NCBI GenBank assembly: GCA_004431415.1
Contig: QPMI01000240.1
Span: forward strand, 1-45,473
Length of the DNA stretch: 45,473 nucleotides
Direction of reading: 5' to 3'
Origin: Cyanophora paradoxa CCMP329
Lineage: Eukaryota; Plantae; Glaucophyta
Shown here: positions 33,539 to 45,270 of the stretch, piece after piece
Layout: every line of letters starts with the position of its first letter
How positions within the stretch are numbered: position 1 is the stretch's first letter
Translations under genes and position numbers: made by a program
Notes under the pieces: generated by a model
Seen by the model: the letters and a program-made list of their open reading frames with translations, nothing else
The model's database searches: none
Told to the model about the DNA's origin: nothing

Positions 33539-34990
33539 ATGGAGCCGCCAGAAGCCCAGCCACCGCCCGAAGCGCACCAACAATCGCTGGAAATTCAGCA
33601 GCAGCTCCAACCGGACTCGTTTGACGCTTGTCTAGCTCGTCAGATGAAAGCGTCGGTGGGTTCGGCCTGTACCGCGCTCCCGCACACGCCCCATGGCTGT
33701 CTCCATCCATTTGAGCGCATGGGCCTCCTCCGAGTTCTCCCGGCCGAGCTAGCGCGAAGATTATTCTCCGGTTTATCCTCGCGGTCCCACCGCTAGAAAA
33801 CCGCCCTAGAGCTTCTTTCTCTTCACATGAGCGTTGATTGTCCGCGCCATCCGTCGCACGACGTGCTCCGCAACCGGCCTTCCTGCAATCTGCAGTTGGC
33901 CCAGCGATGGCGCACGCCTTTTGCGCCGCTTTTCGCCGGCGTCCGTGTTAAAAGCGCCCGTCACCCTCCGCGACGCCCCAGCCGCCTGCTCCTCGCCCAA
34001 CAAGCGCCGGGCCGCCGCTAACAACGCGGCGCGGAACAGAGGCGGCGGGGGGAGATCTACCGGCGGACGCTGAAGCTGCTGCTGCTGCGGCACCTCTCAA
34101 GTACCGCGGCGCCGGCATCGCCCGCGACGTCTTCGAGGGGTGCCGCCCCGCCCCGCCCGGCGCCGAGGGCGGGGCGGGGGAAGCGCGGAGAAGAGCGAGC
34201 GGATGAAGGCGGACCTGCGGGCGGCGGTGGGCGCGCGCGAGCCTGAGCTCCGCGCCGCCTTCCGCGCCGACTCTCTGGCCCGTCCCGTCCCGTCCCGCCC
34301 CGCCCCGCCCGCCCCGCCCGCCCTGACGCGGCGCAGGCTGCAGGAGCGGTGCGCCAGCGCGGGCGGGGGCGCTCCCCGCCCCCCGCCGACCCGGGGCGGC
34401 GCGCGCAGGTGCCGTCAAGTGGTTCCTGCTGCGGGCGCTGGAGCGCGAGTTCCGCGGGAGGCGGAGGGGTCCTGCGGGAGCTCGTGGCGTGCGGCGGAGC
34501 AGCGTCCCCGCCCTCGCCCGCGCCTTCGAGGCGGCGACGGCCTCGGCGCTCCCTCGCCACCGAGCTCGCCCGCCTCGCGGGCGTCCGCCGCTCTCTCGCG
34601 CCGGCGAGGCCGAGGCCGGGGCTGAGGGCGAGGGCGGGGGCGAGGCGGGCCTGCCGCGGCCGTGGCGCTGCGCGTCGGCGGCAAGCGCGTCCGCGTCCAG
34701 GCGAGGACCCCGCGCCCCCAGCCCCGCCCCGGCCCGCGCCCCTGACGCCCCTGACGCCCCGCGCAGTGCCTCGCCGTGCGGCGCAGGACGCGCGAGGCGG
34801 GGCCCCCCGACGCCGCCGGCGCCCAGGCCTGACCCCCGCCCCGAGGCCCGCGCCCCAGGCCGCCTTTTCCCCTCGATCCTTTGCAGCAGGCAGTGCGTAT
34901 GTGAGGCAGCAGCAGTCGATCCTCCGCCCCGCGGGGCGATGTACAGCAGTCAGTCAGTCAGCTTATTCTCCAGTCGTTTCAGGTTTCAGA
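33539..34990 (+). CDS. Hypothetical multi-exon protein
   Basis: MEPPEAQPPP start followed by a GT donor; exon-like pieces EIYRRTLKLLLLRH, RMKADLRAAV and KWFLLRALERE; introns with CTGAC...GCAG. End approximate. Confidence 0.35.
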
Positions 34991-35562
34991 GCGTATGCAG
35001 CAGGCGCTTTCGTGAGCTTGTGCTTATTCCAGTTCGTGCCTTGCCGGTGTCAGGCTGCCCGCTCCGACGGAGCACTATGCAGTTGGCAGCTAGATGCCTC
35101 GTTTTCATTGTGACCGAAACCGCCTCCGGTCCCGAGAGCGGGTGGGCAAGCGCTAGCAGGAGCTGCGGCTGTCCCCGGGTCCCCGGCTCGCCGCGGTGCT
35201 GCATCTGCTGCGGCTGGCGCTTTGTCCTTGCACGGGACGCGGTGCCGGGGAGAGCCGCCAGCTTGAAGGCCGCCGGGCCGGGCTGAGCGAATCGGAGCCC
35301 ATATGCATCTCTACCCGTACCCCATCTCTCTTTTCTAACCCCGCCATCCTACCCCATCTCTCTTTTCCGCGGGAACCACACCCGTACCCCGTATCTGCAC
35401 CCGTGGACCCGGTACCAATTCTCTTCAAGAATGCCTCGCCCCCCGGGGCCCGCCACCCTGCACGGCCCTCGGCCCGCGTGCGCAGGTGCAGCGGCTTGCA
35501 ATTGGTTCCGAAGACAGAAGCCCGCGCCGAGAGCCGAGCGGGAGGGGCCCGGGGCCGCCCCT

Positions 35563-37176
35563 CAGGCCCTGCTCTCGCTCCCCCGCCCGCCTCAGCCCGG
35601 CCCCGCCGCCCCCTCCCGATCGGAGGCGCCGGGCTGCCCGCCCCTCCGCGCGTCTCCCAGAGCCACCTGGCCCGCATCAGCCCCGGGGCGGGGGTACGGG
35701 GCCGGGCGGGGGTACGGGCACCGGTGGTAGTGGTGAGCATGTGGTCCTCGGGGCGCGCCTCGCGCCACTCGCCGCGGCAGAAGATCCGCCAGCTGTCCTC
35801 CGCGTACTGTACCCCCGTCGGAAGCCGGGGGGGTGGGGGCGAGCCGGGGGTACGGGCCTTGCCGACGCCGTGGAGCTGGGAGGGGGCCGTCCAGGGGAGC
35901 GTGAGGAACTCCCGCGCGAACCGCACCAGCGTCCTGGGGGTACCGCGCTCGGGAGGGCGGGGGTACAGGTCGGGGGGTGGGGTACCTGGCGCGCTTGTTG
36001 TAGAGGCCGAGGGGGGTGACGAGCTCGCGCAGCGCCCCCTGCGTCCCGGTCAGGGGGGTACGGGTCGAAGGGGGGTACAGGGACAAGGAGAGGTACGGGC
36101 CTCGTCGGCTGTGGCGAGCGCGGCGGCTGTGGGCCACCGCTCGAAGAGGACCCACACCACCGCCCGCACCTGTACCCCGCCCCGCCCAAGCCGTCGGCCG
36201 GGGTACACGGGTGGGCAGGGGGGAACGGGGCGTGCCTGGACGCCGCGGGTGCGGTTGAGGAGCAGCGGCGCCACGAGCGTCTTGTACGGGTCCCGCCAGA
36301 TCCGCTCCTGGGGGGTACCCGCTCGGGGCCGGCGGGGCCAGCGAGGAGGCCGGGGCGCGGAGCCGGCGGCGGGGCAGGGCGGGCCGCGCGCCGCTGCCGC
36401 CGTTCGACCCGCCGAGCGTGCCCGCGAGCCCGATGCTGAGGCGCCGCGTCCGCGGGCCGACCGGTACCGCAGCCGGAGGCTGCTCCGCCGGCCCCGGCGC
36501 GCCGGCCCCCGCCCCCTCCGCCTCCTCCGCGTTCCCTCTCCTCCTGCGCGTCGCTTCCCGCGGCCCGCCGCCGCCTCCCGCCGCCGGCGCTCGCGGCCCC
36601 GGGGCGGCGGCGGCCGCGCCGGTGTTGGGCCAGTACGCCGATCGCGTCGCGGGGCCTGCGGTCGCGTCACGGCGCGCGGCGGAGTCGGACGGCGAGCGCA
36701 CCGGCGCGCCTCCCGCGGCCGCCCCTCCCGCCGCGCCGGCGGGCCGGCGGCTCGTCTAGATCTGGCGCGGGCGCCGGCACCGCGTCCGCAGGAAGCGCTC
36801 TCTGACGCCGCGCCGTACGCGCGCCGCTCTGCTTCGTTCCGGCGCTCTGCAGAGATTCTCTTCGCGTCCGCTTCGCGCCCGCCGCCGCTGCTGGCTCCCA
36901 GTACTAGTACGCGGATCGGGTCGCTGCGGCGGATGCGGTTGGGATCGCGCGGCTCGAGGCGCGCGTGCGTAGCGTGCGCACCGGCGCGCTCCTTCAGCTT
37001 CCTCCGCTTCAGAGGCGCGCGCTCCGCCTCCTCGCCACCCTCGCCGGCGTACGGTTCCGCCTCGCCGGCTGCGCTCGAGCGGGGCGATTCAGAGGCTGCG
37101 CTACGCGATCTGCGCCTCGCAATGCACCTTCGGCACGCCCGCGCTTTGCCCGCTCAAGCTTCGAGGAGGAGGCCAT
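35563..37176 (-). pseudogene. MBD4: MBD4-like HhH-GPD DNA glycosylase, disrupted copy
   Basis: Same exons as 38966-40869, but with an in-frame TAG (36906-36904), an inverted segment (36342-36444) and loss of the ..PASPHGLIQ exon. Confidence 0.8.
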
Positions 37177-37426
37177 CCGGGGGAGGAGCCTGTCGCGGGT
37201 ACGCTGCCGTCGCCTCCGCACATCTGATCTTCGCCGCTGCCGCTCCGGTGTGCGAGCGTGTGCGTGCACCGTCGTATCCTGTAGCCTCTCGACCTGCTGC
37301 CGCTGCCAGGAGCCCGCCCGGACGCGAACGTGGACAAGTTTGAATTGCGGCGCCCGAATTCGGGTGCGCATGGGCGAGCCGCGCTTGCGCGTTCCTTTAC
37401 GCGCCTTAAAAGCGTCCTGCAGCGCA

Positions 37427-38660
37427 ATGTCAGGGTGGATCGCCAGGCAGAGGAAGCTTGCTTTACAGAATCAAAATCGGACCGCGTGGCCAACGGCTGA
37501 GATCGAGGAGGCGGGTCCCGCGAACATCGAATGGCTCGTGCTCGACTTCAACTGTCTCTCCAGCATTCCCAGCGAGGGACTGTTGAAGCTGTCGAAGCTG
37601 CGGCAGCTTGACATCGGCAACAATGAACTTTCGAATTCAGCGCTGCCGCCGGAGATCGCGCAGCTCGCAAGCCTGCGGAATCTGGACGTCAGCGGGAATC
37701 GACTGACAACTCTGCCTCGTGCAATTTGCGAGCTTTCCAGCCTGGAGAATCTGCAACTTGAAATGAACCGGCTGACGGCCCTCCCCGGGAGATCGGTGCC
37801 TAGCGGCCTTGCAAGTTCTGGAATTGAGCAACAACCACCTCACGGCGCTGCCGCCGGAGATCGGGCAGCTAGTCTGTTTGAGAGACCTGCAGGTGAGTTG
37901 TAATCAGCTGACAGCACTTCCTCCGGAGATCGGGCAGCTCGTCGCCCTGGAGGAGCTCCACGTGGATGGCAACAAGCTGACGGCCCTCCCCTCGGAGATC
38001 GGGCAGCTCGTCTGCCTGCAGGTTCTGGCCGCGCGCGAGAACTCGTTAATGACGCTCCCGCCGGAGATCGGGCTGCTCGAGGAACTGTACGATCTTGCCT
38101 TGGACGGCAACCCCCTCACGGACATGCGCCTGCCAGAGCACGTTCAAACCGACGACGACATCCTCGCCCATCTCCGCTCCCTTCACGCCCCTCCGGCCGA
38201 CGTGAGCTCACGAGCGCTGCGGCCCGCCCCTCTCTCTTGTCCCCTGACCCTCGCCCAGGACGAGGGGTCGGGCCTCCACGCCTGCTCCGCTTCCGCTTCG
38301 GCTGCCTCGGCAGCGAGCCCGGACACCGCGGGCAGCGCCGCCCCGTCGCCCGTGCGCGTGCCCCGCCGGCCGCCGCCCCGCAGCCTCGCCCGCGGCGCGC
38401 GCGCTCATCCGCGGCGCGGCAGGTGGCGCTGGAGGAGCCCGGGGAGGGGGCGGCGCGGCGGCTGGATTTCGGGGAAGCCGCCTGCGAGGGGCTCGAGGCG
38501 GAGGTCGCGGAGCTGCGCGGGCGCGTCGCGGAGCTGCGCGGCAGCGTCGCGGCGCTCGAGGCGGAGCTCGCCGCGCTGCGCGGGCGCAACGCCGAGCTCG
38601 AGGCCGCGCCAAGCGGCCGCGCCAAGCGGCGGCGCAAGGCGGGGCCCTCGCGCCCAAGTG
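37427..38660 (+). CDS. Leucine-rich repeat protein with C-terminal coiled-coil
   Basis: About eight repeats of the type LxxLxLxxNxLTALPPEIGQL, capped by GNPL, then LEAEVAELRGRVAELRGSVAALEAELAAL. Frameshift at ~37790. Alternative in-frame ATG at 37370; stop approximate. Confidence 0.88.
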
Positions 38661-38965
38661 ACCGGTGCGCCGCCCCGCAGCCCCACGGGCGGGCCCGCCG
38701 CGCCGCCCGACGCTGCCGTCGCAGACCCGCCGGCCTGGGCCCCTCTTCCATCCCTCGTCTCCCGTTAGTCCCTTTGGTCCCTTCTCTCTTTTCCTCGGGA
38801 ACCGCACCCATACCCCGTGTCTGCATCCGTGTACCCTGTACCAATTCTTTTCAAGATTGCCTCGCCTCCCTCGGCCCGCGTGCGCAGGTGCAGCGGCTTG
38901 CAATTGGTTCCGAAGACAGAAGCCCGCGCCGAGAGAAGAGCGGGAGGGGCCTGCGGGGCCACCCC

Positions 38966-40869
38966 TCAGGCCCCGCTCTCGTACCCCCCGCCCGCCTCCG
39001 GCCCGGCTCCGCCGCCCCCCTCCCGATCGGAGGCGCCGGGCTGCCCGCCCCCTCCGCGCGTCTCCCAGAGCCACCTCGCCCTCTGTCAGCCCCAAGGCGG
39101 GGGTACGGGGCCGGGCGGGGGGTACGGGCACCGGTGGTAGTGGGTGAGCATGTGGTCCTCGGGGCGCGCCTCGCGCCACTCGCCGCGGCAGAAGATCCGC
39201 CAGCTGTCCTCCGCGTACTGTACCCCCGTCGGAAGCCGGGGGGGGGCGAGCCGGGGGTACGGGCCTTGCCGACGCCGTGGAGCTGGGAGGGGGCCGTCCA
39301 GGGGAGCGTGAGGAACTCCCGCGCGAACCGCACCAGCGTCCTGGGGGGTACCGCGCTCGGGAGCGCGGGGGGTACAGGTCGCAGGGGGTGGGGTACCTGG
39401 CGCGCTTGTTGTAGAGGCCGAGGGGGGTGACGAGCTCGCGCAGCGCCCCCTGCGTCCCGGTCAGGGGGGGTAACGAGTCGAAGGGGGTACAGGGGCAAGA
39501 GAGAGGGCTGCGGGCCTCGTCGGCGGTGGCGAGCGCGGCGGCTGTGGGCCACCGCTCGAACAGGGCCCACACCACCGCCCGCACCTGTACCCCGCCCCGC
39601 CCAAGCCGTCGGCCGGGGTACACGGGTGGGCAGGGGGGAACGGGGCGTGCCTGGGCGCCGCGGGTGCGGTTGAGGAGCAGCGCCGCCACGAGCGTCTTGT
39701 ACGGGTCCCGCCAGATCCGCTCCTGGGGGTACCCCGCTCGGGCCGGGCGGGGGTACGGGGCCAGGCGGGGCGGGAGGTACCTGGATGAGGCCGTGAGGCG
39801 AGGCGGGGGCCTCCCATCCCGGCGCCGTCTCCTCCCCGGGCCTGCCGGCGCGCCTCAGGGACCGAAGGGGCGGGCGGGGCGGGGGCCGGGGCCGGGGCGC
39901 GCCTCAGCATCGGGCTCGCGGGCACGCTCGGCGGGTCGAACGGCGGCAGCGGCGGCGGCGGGCCCGGCCCGCCCCGCCGCCGGCCCCGCACCCCGGCCTC
40001 CTCGAGCTCTGCGGCCCCGCCGGCCGACCCGCTGCCTGCGCATGCGGGGTTGACGTGAGAGGGCTTCACGGGCGGCTGCGATTCCCGCGCGCCTCCAGGT
40101 GAAGGCTGCGGCGAGGCGGCGGCGCGCCGGCTGCGGCCCCGCGTCCGCGGGCCGATCGCCGCCGGAGGCTGCTCCGCCGGCCCCGGCGCGCCGGCCCCCG
40201 CCCCCTCCGCCGCCTCCTCCGCCCTCTCGCCTCCTGCGCGTCGCTTCCCGTGGCCAGCCGCCGCCTCCCGCCGCCCGCGCTCGCGGCCCGCGGGGCGCGG
40301 CGGTTCCGCCGGTGCGGGGCCAGTACGCCGATCGCGTCGCGGGGCCTGCGGTCGCGTCACGGCGCGCGGCGGAGTCGGACGGCGAGCGCACCGGCGCGCC
40401 TCCCGCGGCCGCCCCTCCCGCCGCGGGCCGGCAGCTCGTCTAGATCTGGCGCGGACGCGGGCGCCGGCGCCGCGTCCGCAGGAAGCGCTCTCTGACGCCG
40501 CGCCGTACGCGCGCCGCTCTGCTTCGTTCCGGCGCTCTGCGAGGATTCTCTTCGCGCCCGCTTTGCGCCCGCCGCCACTGCTGGCTCCCAGTACGCGGAT
40601 CGGGTCGCTGCGGCGGATGCGGCTGCGGTTGGGGTCGCGCGGCTCGAGGCGCGCAGGCGTAGCGTGCGCACCGGCGCGATCCTTCGACTTCCTCCGCTTC
40701 GGGGCCGCGCGCTCCGCCTCCTCTGCATCCTCGCCGGCGTCCGGTTGCGCCTCGCTGGCTGCGCTCGAGCGGAGCGATTGAGAGGCTGCGCTACGCGATA
40801 CTCACCTCGCAAGATTAATGCACCTTCGGCACGCCCGCGCTTCGCCCGCTTCGAGGAGGAGGCCGGCAT
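38966..40869 (-). CDS. MBD4: MBD4-like G:T/G:U mismatch DNA glycosylase without a recognisable MBD domain
   Basis: Spliced reading: PASPHGLIQ|ERIWRDPYKTLVAALLLNRTRGAQ|VRAVVWALFERWPTAAALATADE|GALRELVTPLGLYNKRAR|TLVRFAREFLTLPWTAPSQLHGVGK|YAEDSWRIFCRGEWREARPEDHMLTHYHR|WLWET. This is collinear with the MBD4 catalytic domain and keeps the catalytic Asp. Stop approximate. Confidence 0.9.
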
Positions 40870-40942
40870 CGGGGGGGGGGGAAGCTGGTCGCGGGTACGC
40901 TGCCGCCGCTCCCGCACTTCTGCTACTCTTCGCCGAGAGCAA

Positions 40943-42494
40943 ATGGCCGGTGCGCGCCGTGCGCTCGTACCTGCTAGGAAGAGTCTCAGGATGCGACCGC
41001 CGGCTCTGGTGCCGCTCTCCCTCGCGTTCCCGTTCTCCCTCCCGCTTCTAGATTGAGTGCCGCCGGCCCGCGCCATTAGTCTAAGGCCCGACCGCACCCT
41101 CGCGCACTGCGAATTGACGGCGGCGTCCCGCAGCGCAAGCAGTGATCATTACGGGCGCAGCGAGCGGCATTGGGCGCGCCACCGCGAACCTCTTCGCCCA
41201 CAAGAAGGCCAAGGCTCGTCGCGCGCCCGCGCGACTCTGATCCGAATTCGGACCGCGCGCCCGCGCGATCTCCCGCCGCGCCCCGCGTCTCGGGCCGCCG
41301 CGCGCGCCTCGGGCTGTGCCTGCTTCGCTCCGGATGTCGATATCGATCCCCGGTCTCGCCGCGGCGCAGCTGGGGCTGATCTCGCGGGCCGGGGAGGACC
41401 TGGAGGCGGTGAGGAAGGAGCTCGCCGGCGCGCAGGTCTTCACCGCCGCCGGACGGTGCGCGCGCGCGCGCTCGAGTCCGACGCGCGCGCCGGGCCGGGG
41501 CCGGGGCCGCGGGGCGACGGGGCGGCAGTGTCGAAGCCGGCGGAGGTGGAGCGGGCGGTGAACGAGCTGGCGGGGCGGCTGGGCGGCCTGGACGCCCTCG
41601 TCTGCGCGCCGGCGTCTACGGCACCTGGGCCCCCGTCGAGCAGATCGCCCCCGACGAGCCCGCCCCGCCCCGCCCCGCCCCGCCCAGCGCCCGCCCCTCA
41701 CGCCGCCCCTCACGCCGCCGCAGGTGGGACGCCGTCGTCGACACGAACCTGCGGGGCACCTGGGCCTCCATCAAGCCCGCCCCGCCCCCGCCCCGCCCCG
41801 CCCCCGCCCCGCCCCGCCCGCCAGCCGACGCGCCTCGCCAGGTACGCGGTGCCGCACCTGCGGGCGCGGGGGGGGCGCGTGGTGGTGCTGGGGGACGCCC
41901 TCGGGACGCGCTCCTTCAACGCCCCGGCGCCGCCGCCTACGCCGCCTCCAAGGCCCGGGGGAGGGCCGGGCGGCCGGGCGGGGCGCTGAGGCTCGCGCAG
42001 GCGGCGACGCACGCGATGGCGAAGATGCTCGCCGCGGCCCGCCCCGCCCCGCCCCCGGCCCCCGGCCCCGGCCCCGCCTCACGGGCGGCGGCGGCGGCGG
42101 CGCATGCGCAGGAGCTCGGGCGCACCGCATCCGCGTCAACGTCCTCGTCCCCGGCCCGCCCCGCCCCGCCCCGCCCCGCGCCCGCCCCGCCCCGCCCCGG
42201 GCCGCTGAGGCCGCCGGCGCAGGACGGGTGGAGGGTACGCGACTCTGGAGAGCCGCACGGAGCGGGCCCCCGAGGAGGCCGCCCACCCCGGTACCCTCGC
42301 CCGCCCGACCGCCCCGCCCCGCCCCGCCCGCCCACGGGCCGGGCAGTGAAGTACCGCGAGGGGCGGCGCCGCTGCGGGCGTCGCCGTCGGCGGGGGACGT
42401 GGCGCGGGCGGCGGCGTGGCTGGCGTCGCCCGAGGCGGCGCTCGTCACGGGCGCCGAGCTCGCCGTCGACGGGGGGGAGGCCCTCGTCGCCTGA
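40943..42494 (+). CDS. Classical short-chain dehydrogenase/reductase (SDR), multi-exon
   Basis: VIITGAASGIG (~41142), DVSKPAEV, LGGLDALV, WDAVVDTNLRG, YAASK, IRVNVLVPG, VTGAELAVDGG, stop at 42492-42494. Start codon uncertain. Confidence 0.92.
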
Positions 42495-43426
42495 GCCCGC
42501 CCCTGAGAGCCCTCGGCTGCGCTCCAGATCCGACGCCGGCCTTGACTGGCTTATGTTCGATTATATTAGCTCGTCTCGGCGGCCGCGCGTCGAATGAAAT
42601 TTGAAGACGCCTGCAATTGCCGCGCGGCCGAGGGGTACGGGCACAGGGGTTAGGGGTACAGACCTGAGGGTCGGGGCGCCACAGCGGCTAGGCTAGGCTA
42701 GGCTCAGACTAGCTACCAGGTAGTGCGCCTGCTCGGCCCTTCAGCCGGCGGCGCGCGGTCGGTCACCGGGTCTGCACTGACTCTGCACTGAGTCTGCAGG
42801 CTGCAGCTCAATATTACTAGTTAATTTGTTCAAATGCAAGTTCAAGCCGTTAAACGCTCGCTGCGCGATTCAACTGCGCACGATGAATCGATGATCCGTT
42901 GCCCAATTGCATACCAGTATCCCAGTGATCCACAAGTCGCGCGCGGTCCGATCGATATCGGCGTCGATCGCGACTCGCGAGTCGGCGAGTCGACGACGGC
43001 GACTCGCCGAGTCGGGCCCGGCCGCCCGCGGCCGGGGAGTCGCCGTCGACTCGCCGACTAGTCGACTCGACGCCGAGTCGAGTCACATCAGTCGACTCGG
43101 ACTCGCGCGGCGCGCGCGCCGGCCGCGGCGCGCGCCGCGGCGGCGGCGGCGCGCGCGGTCCTTTTTTAAAAACAAAATCGAAAACAAAAAAAGAGCGCAT
43201 TGAACCAATGGCACAGTTGATTGCTACGGGCAATTTGCTTGGCAGCGCTAGCCGCTGAGCGCCGCTAGGTTCAAGGTTGCCCGTGACTGGCCCCGTGTAC
43301 TGTAAAACGAGAAATGTCCGGCGTCACTTTATTTCGGCAAAACCTGAAAAATGCGCCGAAATTGTGGTTCTACTACCGTAGTACTACGGTACCCGGAGTC
43401 CCGGACTCTACCGCGCAACACTTAAA

Positions 43427-43685
43427 TACTGGACTCACTTAATTAACAGAGTCCCAAATCCTTGAATTAACAGACCGAAATTTTGACATAGTCTAGCTGT
43501 TAATTTGGGACTCTGCTAATTCGCTGCTGTTCAGTCGTCTTATACAATCTACCCCCAACATTACTGCCCCATACAATCCTAAATTTGCATAATCTGTTAA
43601 TTTGGGGCTCTGTTATTTCGCCGAATGGAGGGCCAGATTTTATAACCTGTTAATTAACGGGCTGTCAATTTAGTGTAACCAGGTA
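43427..43685. mobile_element. Degenerate MITE-like element
   Basis: Imperfect inverted ends (TACTGGACTCACTTAATTAACAG / CTGTCAATTTAGTGTAACCAGGTA) and a repeated internal AATTAACAG(AGTCCCAAAT) motif in both orientations. Confidence 0.5.
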
Positions 43686-43819
43686 CCGTGGTACTTACCC
43701 AGGCATTGATACTAGCCGCCCAATAGCATAGACGACATCTGCAGAGATACTATTTAAAGTTTAAACTCCCGGAGTCCGGATCCCTTTAATTTTGAGGGAT
43801 CTTATAATTACATCATTTA

Positions 43820-44172
43820 CTGTAAGTCGGGAAATATTTAGTATACTGGATCTTTATAGTACCAAAGTTTTGAGGCCTGACTACTAAAGTTTTATCGTAT
43901 ACTAAACCGAGGTGCGAGGGGGGTACGTATCCCGCCCGCGCAGCCAAAGATGCATTGCGGGAGAAGCTAGCTATAGTGCGAGGGGGCTTCCGGACTCTCC
44001 AACAGATCATGCAAGACCCCCTGGCCGCCGGGCGCGCCCACCCCCTTCCAAATTAAAGGCCGCTACTAAAGCGCTCCGCGCGGCCAACTCTTAATTATTT
44101 TCAGCCTACTAAACCGACCAAACCCCGGGATTACTAATTATTTTGGGGTCTTAAATATTACCCGAATTACAG
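43820..44172. mobile_element. MITE with TA TSD (Tc1/mariner/pogo-like)
   Basis: Ends TA|CTGTAAGTCGGGAAATATTT and AAATATTACCCGAATTACAG|TA. A second copy starts at 45271. Confidence 0.8.
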
Positions 44173-44256
44173 TACATGACTCCATGATGAAACCGTACCA
44201 GTATCATCCCGGGCCCATTGATTCCCGGGCCCACGGTCCTCAGTGTTATATATATA

Positions 44257-44462
44257 TACCGTGTAACAGAATATTAGTTCGCGCATAATATTAGTTCGGT
44301 ACCAAATTAGTGCGTTTTTTTTGCCGTGAAAACGCACTAATTTGAGACCGCACTAATAAAATGGCGCTAAGAAAATACCGTAGGAGTACAGCGTTTACCT
44401 CCCCGCCTCATTCGCTGACGCTCTAAAACGAACTAATTTGAGACCGAACTAATTACTATGGT
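44257..44462. mobile_element. MITE-like remnant with subterminal repeats
   Basis: TA-rich left junction, ATTAGT(T/G)CG three times, then CG(C/A)ACTAATTTGAGACCG(C/A)ACTAAT twice in the opposite orientation. Confidence 0.5.
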
Positions 44463-45270
44463 CGGGGTCCGGGTGTTAGCGATCACCGGATTCCTAAGCG
44501 AGAATCGACTCGGATATCGCGATATCCGATGATCGGGATTCGCCGAGAGTCGGGACTCGGGAGTCGGGAGTCGGGACTCGGGAATCGGGATATCGAATCA
44601 TATTATCGATATCGATGCGACGATGTCCCGCGCGCGGCTCGCGATCGGCCGGAGTCCGCGGCGCCGATCGCGACGGCCCGCGGCGACGGGGGTCGGGCGG
44701 TACCGTCGGACGGTCCGGACTCCGGAGTCCGGAGTCCGGATCGGGAGCTCGAGTCCGGACTCGGGAGTCCGGACCGTCCGACGGTCGCCGAGTCGGTCCG
44801 GCGTCGGACCGGTACGCCGTGACGGCCGGTACCGCCGTACCGGTAGTAAGTAGGTCCGGTACGGCCGGGCGGTTCAACGGTTACCGGGCGGTACCGTCAC
44901 ACGTGCACAGACCGTAGTACTATACTACCGTGCAGCGGCGTGCATGCGCACGTGCATCACGGTGCATGACAGCTAGGGACTCCGGGACTCTGGGACCGGG
45001 AGTCGAGGACCGGGACTCATGTACATGTACTCTAGGGTAGGGAGTCAGCGACTGGCCGGAACGAGTCCGAACTTACTCCGAAGTTCTCCGAACGACCGTC
45101 GCCGAGTCGGACGCGGTAGTAACCGCTCAGTGGCCTATAGTAGCGGCGGTACGTGACTCAGTGAGTACGTATACTACGGTAACGTGACAGTCATGATCAC
45201 TGACTCTGTGAGCCTCGGAGTAACGTACCGTACCGTAGTACTAGGGTAGATCAGGGCAGGGCTTCTACTA

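Noticed and set aside
37780-37810. LRR gene as a pseudogene
   Set aside because: The break sits in a C/G run, and similar indels affect nearly every gene here, so sequencing error is more likely.
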